A DNA stretch of 45,988 nucleotides, from positions 1-45,988 of the IMG/VR virus record IMGVR_UViG_3300045988_087605, one strand, 5' to 3'. The notes under the pieces are model-generated. The model was not told where the DNA came from. It did no database searches and was given only the letters and a program-made list of their open reading frames with translations. The translations under genes and the position numbers were made by a program. The stretch comes from a virus. Positions 7,810 to 15,736 of the stretch are shown piece by piece; within the stretch, counting starts at the first letter, position 1; each line of letters begins with the position of its first letter.

Positions 7810-8205
7810 ATGCAGATTAAAAAAGATCGAAATTACAAATTGCTTGTGCAGGTTTGCAAGAATAAAGGTATTCCATTCTCCTACGAAAAACTTGTTTTGT
7901 TTTTGAATAAGTACATTTATGAACATGAAGAAGATTCAGTATTTGGATATACAATATCTGATATTGATTTTTCAATCGCTAAACATATATCGGTTGATAT
8001 TTGCGGAATGCTTACATTAAGCAATATTATTTGCCAATTAACTTGCATCGGTGCGGGAGATTGCCCGAATTGCGGAGGTTTACTCAGATTGATAGAATCT
8101 TACCCCAAATTTAGCAAACAGTATTGCGATCGTGATTGTGAGCCGGAGAGAGAAGAAGAAAATGTATACGAATGTTTAACATGTGGAAAGGAGGTTATTT
8201 TATGA
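7810..8205 (+). CDS. hypothetical protein with C-terminal zinc ribbon (131 aa)
   Basis: 'CPNCGG' ... 'CLTCG' pair. Confidence 0.55.
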   Translation: MQIKKDRNYKLLVQVCKNKGIPFSYEKLVLFLNKYIYEHEEDSVFGYTISDIDFSIAKHISVDICGMLTLSNIICQLTCIGAGDCPNCGGLLRLIESYPKFSKQYCDRDCEPEREEENVYECLTCGKEVIL

Positions 8206-8453
8206 ATATTGAAAACACAATGATCCGAATCAATGATGCGATTATAAGCGCACGTATTAACGGCAAAAAGATTACGAAAAAGGATATTGCAGCGTTGTTG
8301 TGGAAGGATTCAAAGCAAAGAACGCAGGCGGTAAACATGTCTGCCTTGTGTAACCACAAAACCCAAACGATAAAAATAGAGTGGGTGAAAGAGATATGCG
8401 AGGCTACCGGAGTCGATGCGAATTTCCTATTTAATATTAACCCTAAAAAATAA
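8202..8453 (+). CDS. putative HTH DNA-binding protein (83 aa)
   Basis: ATG 8202 overlaps the upstream stop (ATGA). 'ITKKDIAALLWKDSKQRTQAVNMSA' looks HTH-like. The track start at 8172 lies inside the previous gene. Confidence 0.45.
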   Translation: MNIENTMIRINDAIISARINGKKITKKDIAALLWKDSKQRTQAVNMSALCNHKTQTIKIEWVKEICEATGVDANFLFNINPKK

Positions 8454-8458
8454 AAGTT

Positions 8459-9091
8459 ATGATTAAAAATTTACCCAACATTCAAAACGAAATGAATGTT
8501 CAAAAGTCGAGATATAACCAGTTTGGAAAATACAATTATCGTTCGTGCGAGGATATTTTGCAAGAAGCGAAAAGAGTGTGCGAAAAATACGGATGTTATG
8601 TTATGGTGACTGACTCTATCGAATTTATCGAAGGGCGTTTTTACGTGAAAGCAACCGCAAAAATTGTTGAGGTTGAAACCGGGTCTATTGAAACATGTTC
8701 TGCTTTTGCACGTGAAGAAGATAGCAAAAAGGGGATGGACTTAGCACAATTAACCGGGGCTACTTCCAGTTATGCACGAAAATACGCCTTATGTGGTCTT
8801 TTTGCGATAGACGATAGCATAGATAGTGATTCAACGAACGGAGAGCCGGAAGCGAAAGAAAAACGGCAAAAGACAGCCTCAAAACAAGTTGCCAACCAAA
8901 ATAATACTGGAAATAACTCAAATTATTTGGGTGTGCTGCTTGACGAAGTAAAGAAAGCAACAACTTATAAACATTTGGGCGATATTCACAAGAATAACGC
9001 TAATTACCATCAAAACAGTGAGTTCATGAACGCTTTAGTTGTCCGTAAGGCGGAACTTGAAAAGGCGGAAGCAGAAGCAAAGAAAGTGTAA
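8459..9091 (+). CDS. erf: ERF-family single-strand annealing protein
   Basis: 'QFGKYNYRSCEDILQEAKRVCEKYG' and 'GATSSYARKYALCGLFAIDDSIDSD' match the ERF core and its acidic boundary. Confidence 0.75.
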   Translation: MIKNLPNIQNEMNVQKSRYNQFGKYNYRSCEDILQEAKRVCEKYGCYVMVTDSIEFIEGRFYVKATAKIVEVETGSIETCSAFAREEDSKKGMDLAQLTGATSSYARKYALCGLFAIDDSIDSDSTNGEPEAKEKRQKTASKQVANQNNTGNNSNYLGVLLDEVKKATTYKHLGDIHKNNANYHQNSEFMNALVVRKAELEKAEAEAKKV

Positions 9092-9103
9092 ATAATGTGT
9101 TTA

Positions 9104-9126
9104 GTAAGGGGTATAATTCCCCTTGC
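9104..9126 (+). other. intercistronic hairpin with TATAAT-like loop
   Basis: aagggg-tataatt-cccctt, with no U-tract. Confidence 0.4.
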
Positions 9127-9149
9127 TGACAATAAAAAATATATAGAAA

Positions 9150-9879
9150 ATGGAAATTAAAGGCAATGTTCATTGTTTTTTTGAACAATCGGGTATATTT
9201 AAGAATGAATTCATAAAACTTGGTTATAAGGCTTTTGATTATGATATACAAAACGATTTTGGGGAAACTGACTTTCAAATAGATCTTTTTTCCGAAATAG
9301 AAAAAGGATATGAAGAAAAAGAAAGCATTTTTGACAATATTACTAAAGATGATTTTGTTATAGCTTTTTTCCCTTGCATTTATTTTGAAACAATGCAAGC
9401 TTCATATTACCAAATGACAAACATTAATATGAAAAAACAAAGCATAAGGCAGAAATATGAAACCGTAATAGATCGCATACAGAAAAGAGAATACTTTTAT
9501 ATTTTATTGTATAAGCTTTTTGCAATATGCGAAATAAGAGGTATTAGGTTGGTATTAGAAAACCCAGCCACTCAACCAAGTTATTTATTATATCCAATAA
9601 ATTTCATACCTTATACGTTCATAGATAACGATAGGACGAAAAGAGGTGATTGTTTTAAAAAACCTACCGCTTATTGGTTTGTAAATTGTAAACCTACAAC
9701 GGGGCAATCTTATGAAAAGCCATACGAAATCAAAAAAAATACAACAATGTAGTAAGGGGGTGAAAGCTGGAGTATGTTCAAAAGAACGTTCTATGCTAAC
9801 AGATAAGTATGCAAGAAATTTTATATGCGACTTTATTATAGGAAAAGAACAGAAACATTCTATTAGATCACTTTTTTAA
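9150..9879 (+). CDS. C5-cytosine DNA methyltransferase-like protein, interrupted by a +1 frame change at an A8 run (9732-9739)
   Basis: Frame 0 (9150..9752) carries 'FFPC' (motif IV-like) and 'LVLENP' (motif VI-like). The +1 frame (to TAA 9877-9879) encodes 'ERSMLTDKYARNFICDFIIG', which resembles the MTase C-terminal 'RxLTxxExARxxxFP' region. Confidence 0.4.
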
Positions 9880-9891
9880 AATATAAACAAT

Positions 9892-10836
9892 ATGAAAGAA
9901 TTAACATTACTTCCCAAACTGATTAATGCTGATGTAACGTATATCAGCGAAACACATGAATATTTTTCAAGCGATTTTAGAAAGCTGAGAGGAATAACAG
10001 GTTTTATCAACGATCAATTATTTCCCGGGAAACTTGATAATATACCGGATAATATTTTGAGATCGGCAACTGAGAGAGGCAAGGCGGTTCACGATGAAAT
10101 AGAGAGAATCGACAAAGAAGGCATTGATCCGGAAACGGTTTACGGAGAGAACTATTTAGATTTAAAAGCCGAAAGCGGTTTAATTCATATCGCATCTGAG
10201 TATATTTTAACTGATAACGATTTTATCGCTTCACCGACCGATAAAGTATATTTAGGTAGCTCTGATAAGTCGGTTGTATTAGGAGATATTAAAACTACCT
10301 ATAAACTTGATTTGCTTTATTTGTCTTGGCAGCTATCAATATACGCCTATCTTTTCGAGAGACAAAACCCAAACTTGAAAGTAGAGGGACTTATCGCAAT
10401 TTGGCTGAGAGGTGACAAGGATAAGGACGGCATTTTCTCCGTTGAACGCATACCGGACAGCGAAATAGAATTGTTCCTTAATTGCTGTAAGAATGGCGTT
10501 CGATATGCAGATAATGCAAGTAAAGACAGCTACATAGCAAAATTGGAATCACTGCCCGCAAAAGTTGCGCATATCGAAGAAGGCGTTTATGAACTTCTTG
10601 AAATGCAAAAAAAGATAGACGAGCATTTAGGCAAGTTTAAAGAACAGTTGTTAGGTCTGATGTCTGAGGCGAAAGCTGACAATATAAAAGGGGAACTTAT
10701 TTCAGTCACAAGAAAGAAAGCGTATAGCCGTGAATCACTTGATTCTAAAGCGCTTAAAGAGCAATACCCCGAAATATACGATCAGTTCGTTAAAACATCA
10801 AATGTCAAAGAATCAATTCAATTAAAAGCGTTGTAA
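9892..10836 (+). CDS. PD-(D/E)XK (RecB/Cas4-like) exonuclease
   Basis: 'GKAVHDEIE', 'VVLGDIKT' and 'QLSIYAYL' fit the motif order of PD-(D/E)XK nucleases. It neighbours ERF. Confidence 0.6.
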   Translation: MKELTLLPKLINADVTYISETHEYFSSDFRKLRGITGFINDQLFPGKLDNIPDNILRSATERGKAVHDEIERIDKEGIDPETVYGENYLDLKAESGLIHIASEYILTDNDFIASPTDKVYLGSSDKSVVLGDIKTTYKLDLLYLSWQLSIYAYLFERQNPNLKVEGLIAIWLRGDKDKDGIFSVERIPDSEIELFLNCCKNGVRYADNASKDSYIAKLESLPAKVAHIEEGVYELLEMQKKIDEHLGKFKEQLLGLMSEAKADNIKGELISVTRKKAYSRESLDSKALKEQYPEIYDQFVKTSNVKESIQLKAL

Positions 10837-10849
10837 TACTGAATAAGAA

Positions 10850-11029
10850 ATGAATAAAATTAAAGAATCAGAATTAAATACCCTCTTAGAAAATGGTGAT
10901 CTTTGTGATTATTGTCCGAATGTTAGAGGCGAAATATCTAAAGGGCTTTATGATTTGTGCGAAGGGTGCTATTGCGAACAGGCAAAGGATAATTATATAC
11001 TTGAAAACGATTTAGATTATGAAGAATAG
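10850..11029 (+). CDS. small Cys-rich protein (59 aa, below the track cutoff)
   Basis: MNKIKESELNTLLENGDLCDYCPNVRGEISKGLYDLCEGCYCEQAKDNYILENDLDYEE. Confidence 0.45.
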   Translation: MNKIKESELNTLLENGDLCDYCPNVRGEISKGLYDLCEGCYCEQAKDNYILENDLDYEE

Positions 11030-11033
11030 ATTT

Positions 11034-11192
11034 ATGAAAAGGCTTATTGGTTATTCGCATTATGTGGATAAACTTGTATATGTAACGGTAGACGGGGGAA
11101 GAAGGGAAATAATGAAATTAAAGCCAAGGAAAAAGAAGTTTTATAATTCCCTCGAATATTACAAGGCTATACAAAAGATGTTTGAAGGATGA
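11034..11192 (+). CDS. small basic protein (52 aa, below the track cutoff)
   Basis: MKRLIGYSHYVDKLVYVTVDGGRREIMKLKPRKKKFYNSLEYYKAIQKMFEG. Its stop overlaps ATG 11189. Confidence 0.4.
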   Translation: MKRLIGYSHYVDKLVYVTVDGGRREIMKLKPRKKKFYNSLEYYKAIQKMFEG

Positions 11193-11509
11193 TAACAATA
11201 TCTGAAAGTTTAGCGAACGAGATCGGTTTAGAGGGTGCAACTGTGTACAGTTATGTATCCGTAATTCTATCAACGGACTTTTATAAGGATCGTTTTAAGG
11301 GATGTCGGGTTAAAGGCAAGAAGTATACAGCCTTCATATCAATAAGCAAGTTAAAAGAGATAATTCCCTTCCTATCGACAAAGAAGCTGTATAACGCTAT
11401 GAACTTGTTAGTAGAAACAGGATACCTAAAAGAGCTACCATTACGAAAGCCGGGTTTAAATACAACCCGATGTTACCAACTTGTTAATGTGATCCAACAT
11501 TTCGAGTAA
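11189..11509 (+). CDS. winged-helix protein, paralogue of the N-terminal domain of 12694..13644
   Basis: 'ISKLKEIIPFLSTKKLYNAMNLLVETGYLKE..NTTRCYQL' aligns with 'LSKLFPYMSQSKIYRVIGKLEEEGYLLK..DRTTWYAL'. Confidence 0.55.
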   Translation: MITISESLANEIGLEGATVYSYVSVILSTDFYKDRFKGCRVKGKKYTAFISISKLKEIIPFLSTKKLYNAMNLLVETGYLKELPLRKPGLNTTRCYQLVNVIQHFE

Positions 11510-11517
11510 CTTATAAT

Positions 11518-11556
11518 ACACCCACCAACGTTTTTTAGTTGTGTGGGTGTTTTTTG
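11518..11556 (+). terminator. rho-independent terminator
   Basis: acacccac (11518-11525) / gtgggtgt (11543-11550) followed by T5. Confidence 0.7.
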
Positions 11557-11672
11557 TACAGCACGATTCTGTGCAGTCTGTCTATACCTAATTATCAGAT
11601 ATTTGCAAAACAAAGAATGTTAAATCATAAAAAAATAGATGTTTTTCCATTGCAGTATATAATAATAAACAC

Positions 11673-11680
11673 TATATTTG
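11673..11680 (+). promoter_or_regulatory. -7 promoter box TAtaTTTG
   Basis: Lies 21 nt upstream of ATG 11702. A GTTAAA box sits at 11619-11624. Confidence 0.45.
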
Positions 11681-11701
11681 CAGAGTAAAATTTAAAACAG
11701 T

Positions 11702-11911
11702 ATGTATATGAAAGTAGAAAACTTAGTTAAGATTAAGAGTTATGCCGATTTAAAGGGAGTTACAGTACCTTGGATATGGAGGCTTATTAAGAGAGGAAAA
11801 TTAGAGTATATTCAAATTGATGGTGCATGCTTCATTGAGTTAACGGATGAAGAACTGAAAAAGTATGCGGAGTACAAAGAACGGATAAGTTCATTTTTGA
11901 ATAGCAAATAG
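11702..11911 (+). CDS. putative HTH DNA-binding protein (excisionase/MerR-like fold)
   Basis: 'KSYADLKGVTVPWIWRLIKRGKLEYIQIDG'. The start could instead be ATG 11708. Confidence 0.45.
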   Translation: MYMKVENLVKIKSYADLKGVTVPWIWRLIKRGKLEYIQIDGACFIELTDEELKKYAEYKERISSFLNSK

Positions 11912-11935
11912 TATTAATCATTAAAATTTTAGAAA

Positions 11936-12697
11936 ATGAAAGAATTAGTTTTTAAAGGAGAATCAAATCAAGTTTTAACCAACAGCTTATTGGTAGCTGA
12001 TAAGTTCGGGAAAAACCACAAGCATGTATTAGACGCTATAAGAGAGTTAATTAGTAGCGCCGAAAAATCGGCTGTACTAAAAATGTTTGTTCCATCTACT
12101 TATATAGCATCTAACAATAAAGAAAACCCGATGTTCATAATGAATAGAGACGGTTTTACGTTGTTGGCGATGGGCTTTACCGGAGAAAAGGCGCTGCAAT
12201 TTAAATTGGAGTACATTAACGCCTTTAATAAAATGGAGGAAGCTATTAAGAACGGAGGTTTTAACGTTCCTAAATCGTTCCGTGAAGCATTATTGCTTGC
12301 TGCCGAACAGCAAGAAGTTATAGAGAATCAGCAAAAGCAGATCGAAGAAAAAAACGCAAAGATCGAAGCTGATAAGCCGAAGGTTTTATTCAGTGAAGCG
12401 GTATCCGCATCTAACAAATCTATTTTAGTGCGTGAACTTGCAAAACTTATCGCCCAAAACGGTTATCAGATCGGGGAAAAGCAGCTATACGAGCGATTGA
12501 GGAAAGCCGGATACCTTTGCAGTTCGGGTGAGTCGTATAATCAACCTACGCAAACATACATGAATATGGGCTTATTTCATTTGAAGAAAACAAGCGTTAT
12601 TTGTGACGGGGAAAGTAAGGTTTATACCGTTACCAAAGTGACACCGAAAGGACAGATATACTTCATTAATAAGTTTTTAGGGAGGGGAATGAAATGA
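11936..12697 (+). CDS. Rha-family regulator with C-terminal KilAC antirepressor domain
   Basis: N-terminal 'NQVLTNSLLVADKFGKNHKHVLDAIRELI' is Phage_pRha-like. C-terminal 'KPKVLFSEAVSASNKSILVRELAKLI..GEKQLYERLRKAGYL' is KilAC/ANT-like. Confidence 0.75.
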   Translation: MKELVFKGESNQVLTNSLLVADKFGKNHKHVLDAIRELISSAEKSAVLKMFVPSTYIASNNKENPMFIMNRDGFTLLAMGFTGEKALQFKLEYINAFNKMEEAIKNGGFNVPKSFREALLLAAEQQEVIENQQKQIEEKNAKIEADKPKVLFSEAVSASNKSILVRELAKLIAQNGYQIGEKQLYERLRKAGYLCSSGESYNQPTQTYMNMGLFHLKKTSVICDGESKVYTVTKVTPKGQIYFINKFLGRGMK

Positions 12698-13644
12698 CGC
12701 ATTGTTTTGACGATAAAGTAGCAACAAAGTTAGGAGTTGAAGCGGCATGCGTGTTGCATAACTTCGCTTTTTGGATAAACAAGAATATAGCCGATAACCA
12801 TAATTATTTTGAGGGTAGATATTGGACTTATAACACAAGGGAAGCGTTATCTAAACTATTCCCGTACATGAGCCAATCTAAGATATACAGAGTAATAGGA
12901 AAGTTAGAGGAAGAAGGTTATTTGTTGAAGGGGAATTTTAATAAATCTGGTATAGATAGAACAACGTGGTACGCATTAACAGATAAGTGTATAAAGTTCC
13001 TTTTTGAGTGCGGTTATACGCTTATAGGCTATTCTGAGCCGATTTTGCAAAATTGCAAAATGCAAGTTGCAGAAATGAACAATGCAAGTTGCAGAAATGA
13101 ACAAACAATACCAGATAGTATATATACAGATAGTTATACTAAATCTCCTACCGGAGATTATAGTATAGCCACGCACGAAGAATCTGTTTTGTTCCCGGTT
13201 GAAAAGAAACCTTTAGCCTCAGAGATATTCGGCTTTACTGCAAAAGCCTTAGATGTGACTAAGAAAGTGATAGAGCGAACAGATAGTTTTTTCGATCAGC
13301 TAACATTCCCGTTCGAGTCGGAGGAATTTAAAAAAGCCTTTTATGTGCTAATGACTCAACCAAAGTGGCGGGTAAAGACTAAGACTCTAACAGCTATGCA
13401 AGCAAACCTAAACGAGATTGCGCAATTTGAAGAAGGTTTTGCCATGCTATTGATAAATCAGAGCATATCTAAGGGATGGGCATCACTGGTATACGAGTCA
13501 ACGCCAAAACAGTATATGCAATGGCTACGGGAAAAGACGGGAGTCTCCGGAAATACACAGCCTGCAAACAATACTAAATCGTATTTTCAGAGTGACGAAC
13601 AGCGCAGGATGTATCAGTCTTATTTAACGGAGGACTTTACATAG
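12694..13644 (+). CDS. putative replication initiator (N-terminal wHTH; ori-like iterons inside the gene)
   Basis: ATGA overlap with the upstream gene. wHTH domain and internal DNA repeats at 13045-13167, in a lambda-O-like arrangement. Confidence 0.45.
   Translation: MTHCFDDKVATKLGVEAACVLHNFAFWINKNIADNHNYFEGRYWTYNTREALSKLFPYMSQSKIYRVIGKLEEEGYLLKGNFNKSGIDRTTWYALTDKCIKFLFECGYTLIGYSEPILQNCKMQVAEMNNASCRNEQTIPDSIYTDSYTKSPTGDYSIATHEESVLFPVEKKPLASEIFGFTAKALDVTKKVIERTDSFFDQLTFPFESEEFKKAFYVLMTQPKWRVKTKTLTAMQANLNEIAQFEEGFAMLLINQSISKGWASLVYESTPKQYMQWLREKTGVSGNTQPANNTKSYFQSDEQRRMYQSYLTEDFT
13045..13102. repeat. iteron-like direct repeats (candidate origin)
   Basis: TTGCAAAA x2 (13045-13060) followed by a perfect tandem 22-mer AATGCAAGTTGCAGAAATGAAC x2 (13059-13080 and 13081-13102). 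Confidence 0.7.
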
Positions 13645-13694
13645 CATTTTAAGGCTTAAATTTCAATTTTAATCACTAAGACAATAAAAGTATC

Positions 13695-14639
13695 ATGTAT
13701 TTAGAGAAAATCGAAAATTCGGGCGGAAAATTAGCAAAATATGAAGGTTGCGGCTCGTTTATAGAGAGGAATCGCAAATTTTACGAAAGTGGCAATTTTA
13801 GAGAACTCTCAAAAGTAGATCAGATGATTTTCCGTGAATCAACGCTCCTTCTCGTTTCGGAATGTGTTGATCGAGAGAAAAGATTGGGTCATTTTTCTAA
13901 GGTTGTTAACGGTATATGTTTAGAGACTGGTTTAAAAATACCGGACGCCAAAGACGTGAGTAGTATATTTTATGCCGTTTGCGATGTGATAGATATGTAT
14001 TTCGATGATCTGTCGTTCAATGAAATTCGTTTGGCGTGGAGATTGCTTGCTGTGGGTGAACTTGATCCGTTTTTGCCAAAGGATAGATACGGAAACCCGG
14101 ATAAAAATCACTATGGCTCTCTTTCTATTGATTACATTTCAAAAGTCCTAAAGGCATACAAGAAAAGGAAGGTTGAAACGATGGAACGAGTTTCTAAGAT
14201 TATGCCGGACGAAAAGCCAAAACCGACACCCGAACAGGAAAAGATGTTTTTGAATTTGCAGGCATACAATTTTGTTCTCGCACTTTTGAAGTATAAATAT
14301 TCGGGGCGTTTCCGAATAGAGCGTGACAGGATAATAAACGAGTCTACATTTGCATACATGGAACGATTGGGATATGATATGTCGGTAGAGCCTACATTGG
14401 CGGATAAGAAAGAGGCTTTGTTTCAATTCCAAGGTAGACCCGTAAATAGCTTTGCGCAAATTTTCGAAAAAGAGTGTATTTCGAGGTTTGGGATAGATCA
14501 CGAAGCAGTTTATTTTCGTGCGGTACTGATAGCCAAGAAAAGAAAGTTATTCCAGTATTGGGATGAAATGTTAGCTTTCTCAAATGAAGGTGATAGATCA
14601 GAAGATAATATTTGGAAGTTATATTACTACATTCAATAA
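13695..14639 (+). CDS. hypothetical protein (314 aa), possibly replication-associated by position
   Basis: Track ORF directly after the initiator-like gene. No motif recognised. Confidence 0.55.
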   Translation: MYLEKIENSGGKLAKYEGCGSFIERNRKFYESGNFRELSKVDQMIFRESTLLLVSECVDREKRLGHFSKVVNGICLETGLKIPDAKDVSSIFYAVCDVIDMYFDDLSFNEIRLAWRLLAVGELDPFLPKDRYGNPDKNHYGSLSIDYISKVLKAYKKRKVETMERVSKIMPDEKPKPTPEQEKMFLNLQAYNFVLALLKYKYSGRFRIERDRIINESTFAYMERLGYDMSVEPTLADKKEALFQFQGRPVNSFAQIFEKECISRFGIDHEAVYFRAVLIAKKRKLFQYWDEMLAFSNEGDRSEDNIWKLYYYIQ

Positions 14640-14650
14640 AACCAAAAGTT

Positions 14651-14872
14651 ATGAATAGAAGAAAAGTAAAAAAGAGCGGTTATCGGATAAGGCGTACAAA
14701 ACCTTCCGATAAATTCGTTTATGTCTCTGACTCGTTAACATACGAAAGGAGAAAAAAGGAGGGAAAGAGATGTTATACTCTGTATTGCAAATATGCGTCT
14801 ATTAACTATTTGTGTGTTTCTCGAAAACAGGCAAAATCTTTAATGAAAGGGTTCTTGTTACTATGGAAATAG
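14651..14872 (+). CDS. small basic protein (73 aa)
   Basis: ATG 14651 lies 12 nt after the upstream stop. The track start at 14612 overlaps the previous gene. Confidence 0.4.
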   Translation: MNRRKVKKSGYRIRRTKPSDKFVYVSDSLTYERRKKEGKRCYTLYCKYASINYLCVSRKQAKSLMKGFLLLWK

Positions 14873-15477
14873 ATATTATTTGCGCAATAGACCCGGGTGT
14901 GTCGGCTGGTGGGATAGTAGTATATAAGCCGGGAAATAGCCTTGTTACTATCCCTATGCCACGCACGGCAAAGGGTATTTTTAACGTGTTTCAAAAAGTG
15001 AAGCGTTCCGGTAGTCCTGCAATATTTATTGAGCGTCTTTCGGTTCGTGGGGGTGACTCCGGAGGCGGGAAAGAATTTAGAATAGCAACTATGTTGGAGA
15101 ATTATAACTACCTTGTATGTTGTGCGCTCGTTCTTGATATTCCTTTGTTCCTATGTGCGCCTATTTCGTGGCAAAGTGGTTTAAATCTGAGGGAGAAAGG
15201 AGAGAAAGAGGAAAAGAAGGATAGAAAAGAAAAGTATCTTAATTATGCGATGAAGCAATTCCCACTTGCAAACGTGAAATTATGGAATAGTGACGCTATA
15301 TGTATTTTACGCTTCGCACAAATGAAGATGATTTGTGATGTAGATTGGTTTTCAAGTAACATGCAGAACGAAAACAGTACGGAAATATCATTTTCTTCCC
15401 CTCTGTTGGACGATAGTATTAAATTCGTGGAAAGATATGGGTTCAAAAGAAAACGATCTAAAAAACGATCTAATTGA
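14863..15477 (+). CDS. RuvC-like Holliday junction resolvase
   Basis: 'IICAIDPGVSAGG', 'IFIERL' and 'NSDAICILRFA' fit the RuvC acidic-residue motifs. ATG 14863 (MEIDIICAID) is preferred over track start 14812. Confidence 0.65.
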   Translation: MEIDIICAIDPGVSAGGIVVYKPGNSLVTIPMPRTAKGIFNVFQKVKRSGSPAIFIERLSVRGGDSGGGKEFRIATMLENYNYLVCCALVLDIPLFLCAPISWQSGLNLREKGEKEEKKDRKEKYLNYAMKQFPLANVKLWNSDAICILRFAQMKMICDVDWFSSNMQNENSTEISFSSPLLDDSIKFVERYGFKRKRSKKRSN

Positions 15478-15616
15478 ATCGGTGAAAGAATTGAGAAGCG
15501 CACAGAAGCGATTTGAGCGATTCGGGGAGAGATACAGAGAGAGGAAAGAAAAGGCGGAAAAGAAAGTAGATGAAATTCTGTCGGTTATCGAAGATAAGCA
15601 ACTATCTATTTTCTAA
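15437..15616 (+). CDS. small coiled-coil protein (59 aa, below the track cutoff)
   Basis: MGSKENDLKNDLIESVKELRSAQKRFERFGERYRERKEKAEKKVDEILSVIEDKQLSIF. It overlaps the resolvase 3' end by 41 nt and ends before a terminator. Confidence 0.4.
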   Translation: MGSKENDLKNDLIESVKELRSAQKRFERFGERYRERKEKAEKKVDEILSVIEDKQLSIF

Positions 15617-15628
15617 CAAAAGTTAAAT

Positions 15629-15661
15629 AACGGGTATTTCGGAAAGATTTACCCGTTTTTA
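15629..15661 (+). terminator. rho-independent terminator
   Basis: aacgggta / tacccgtt 8-bp stem followed by a T-run. Confidence 0.7.
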
Positions 15662-15721
15662 TTTGCGTGAATTTAAAGTTTTGATTTAATTTGCAGCGTA
15701 GAAATAAAAACAGTAGTAACA
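15662..15721 (+). promoter_or_regulatory. early-type promoter/leader cassette
   Basis: -33 TTTG 15662-15665; -7-like TTaaTTTG 15686-15693. Leader AGTAGTAACA 15712-15721; ATG at 15737. Confidence 0.5.
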
Positions 15722-15736
15722 TAAAATCAATTAATT

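Noticed and set aside
9750-9755. Stop-codon reassignment (TAG read as sense, as in some gut phages) explaining the truncated MTase-like ORF.
   Set aside because: TAG 9750 is followed immediately by an in-frame TAA. TAG, TGA and TAA all terminate well-delimited genes elsewhere in the genome.
11936-12697. Lysogeny module inferred from the Rha/KilAC antirepressor.
   Set aside because: No integrase, excisionase-integrase pair, CI-like repressor or att-like repeats could be identified. The antirepressor alone is insufficient evidence.
13045-13102. Mini-CRISPR array.
   Set aside because: There are only two directly abutting 22-mers with no spacers, and they lie inside a coding region. This fits iterons, not CRISPR.
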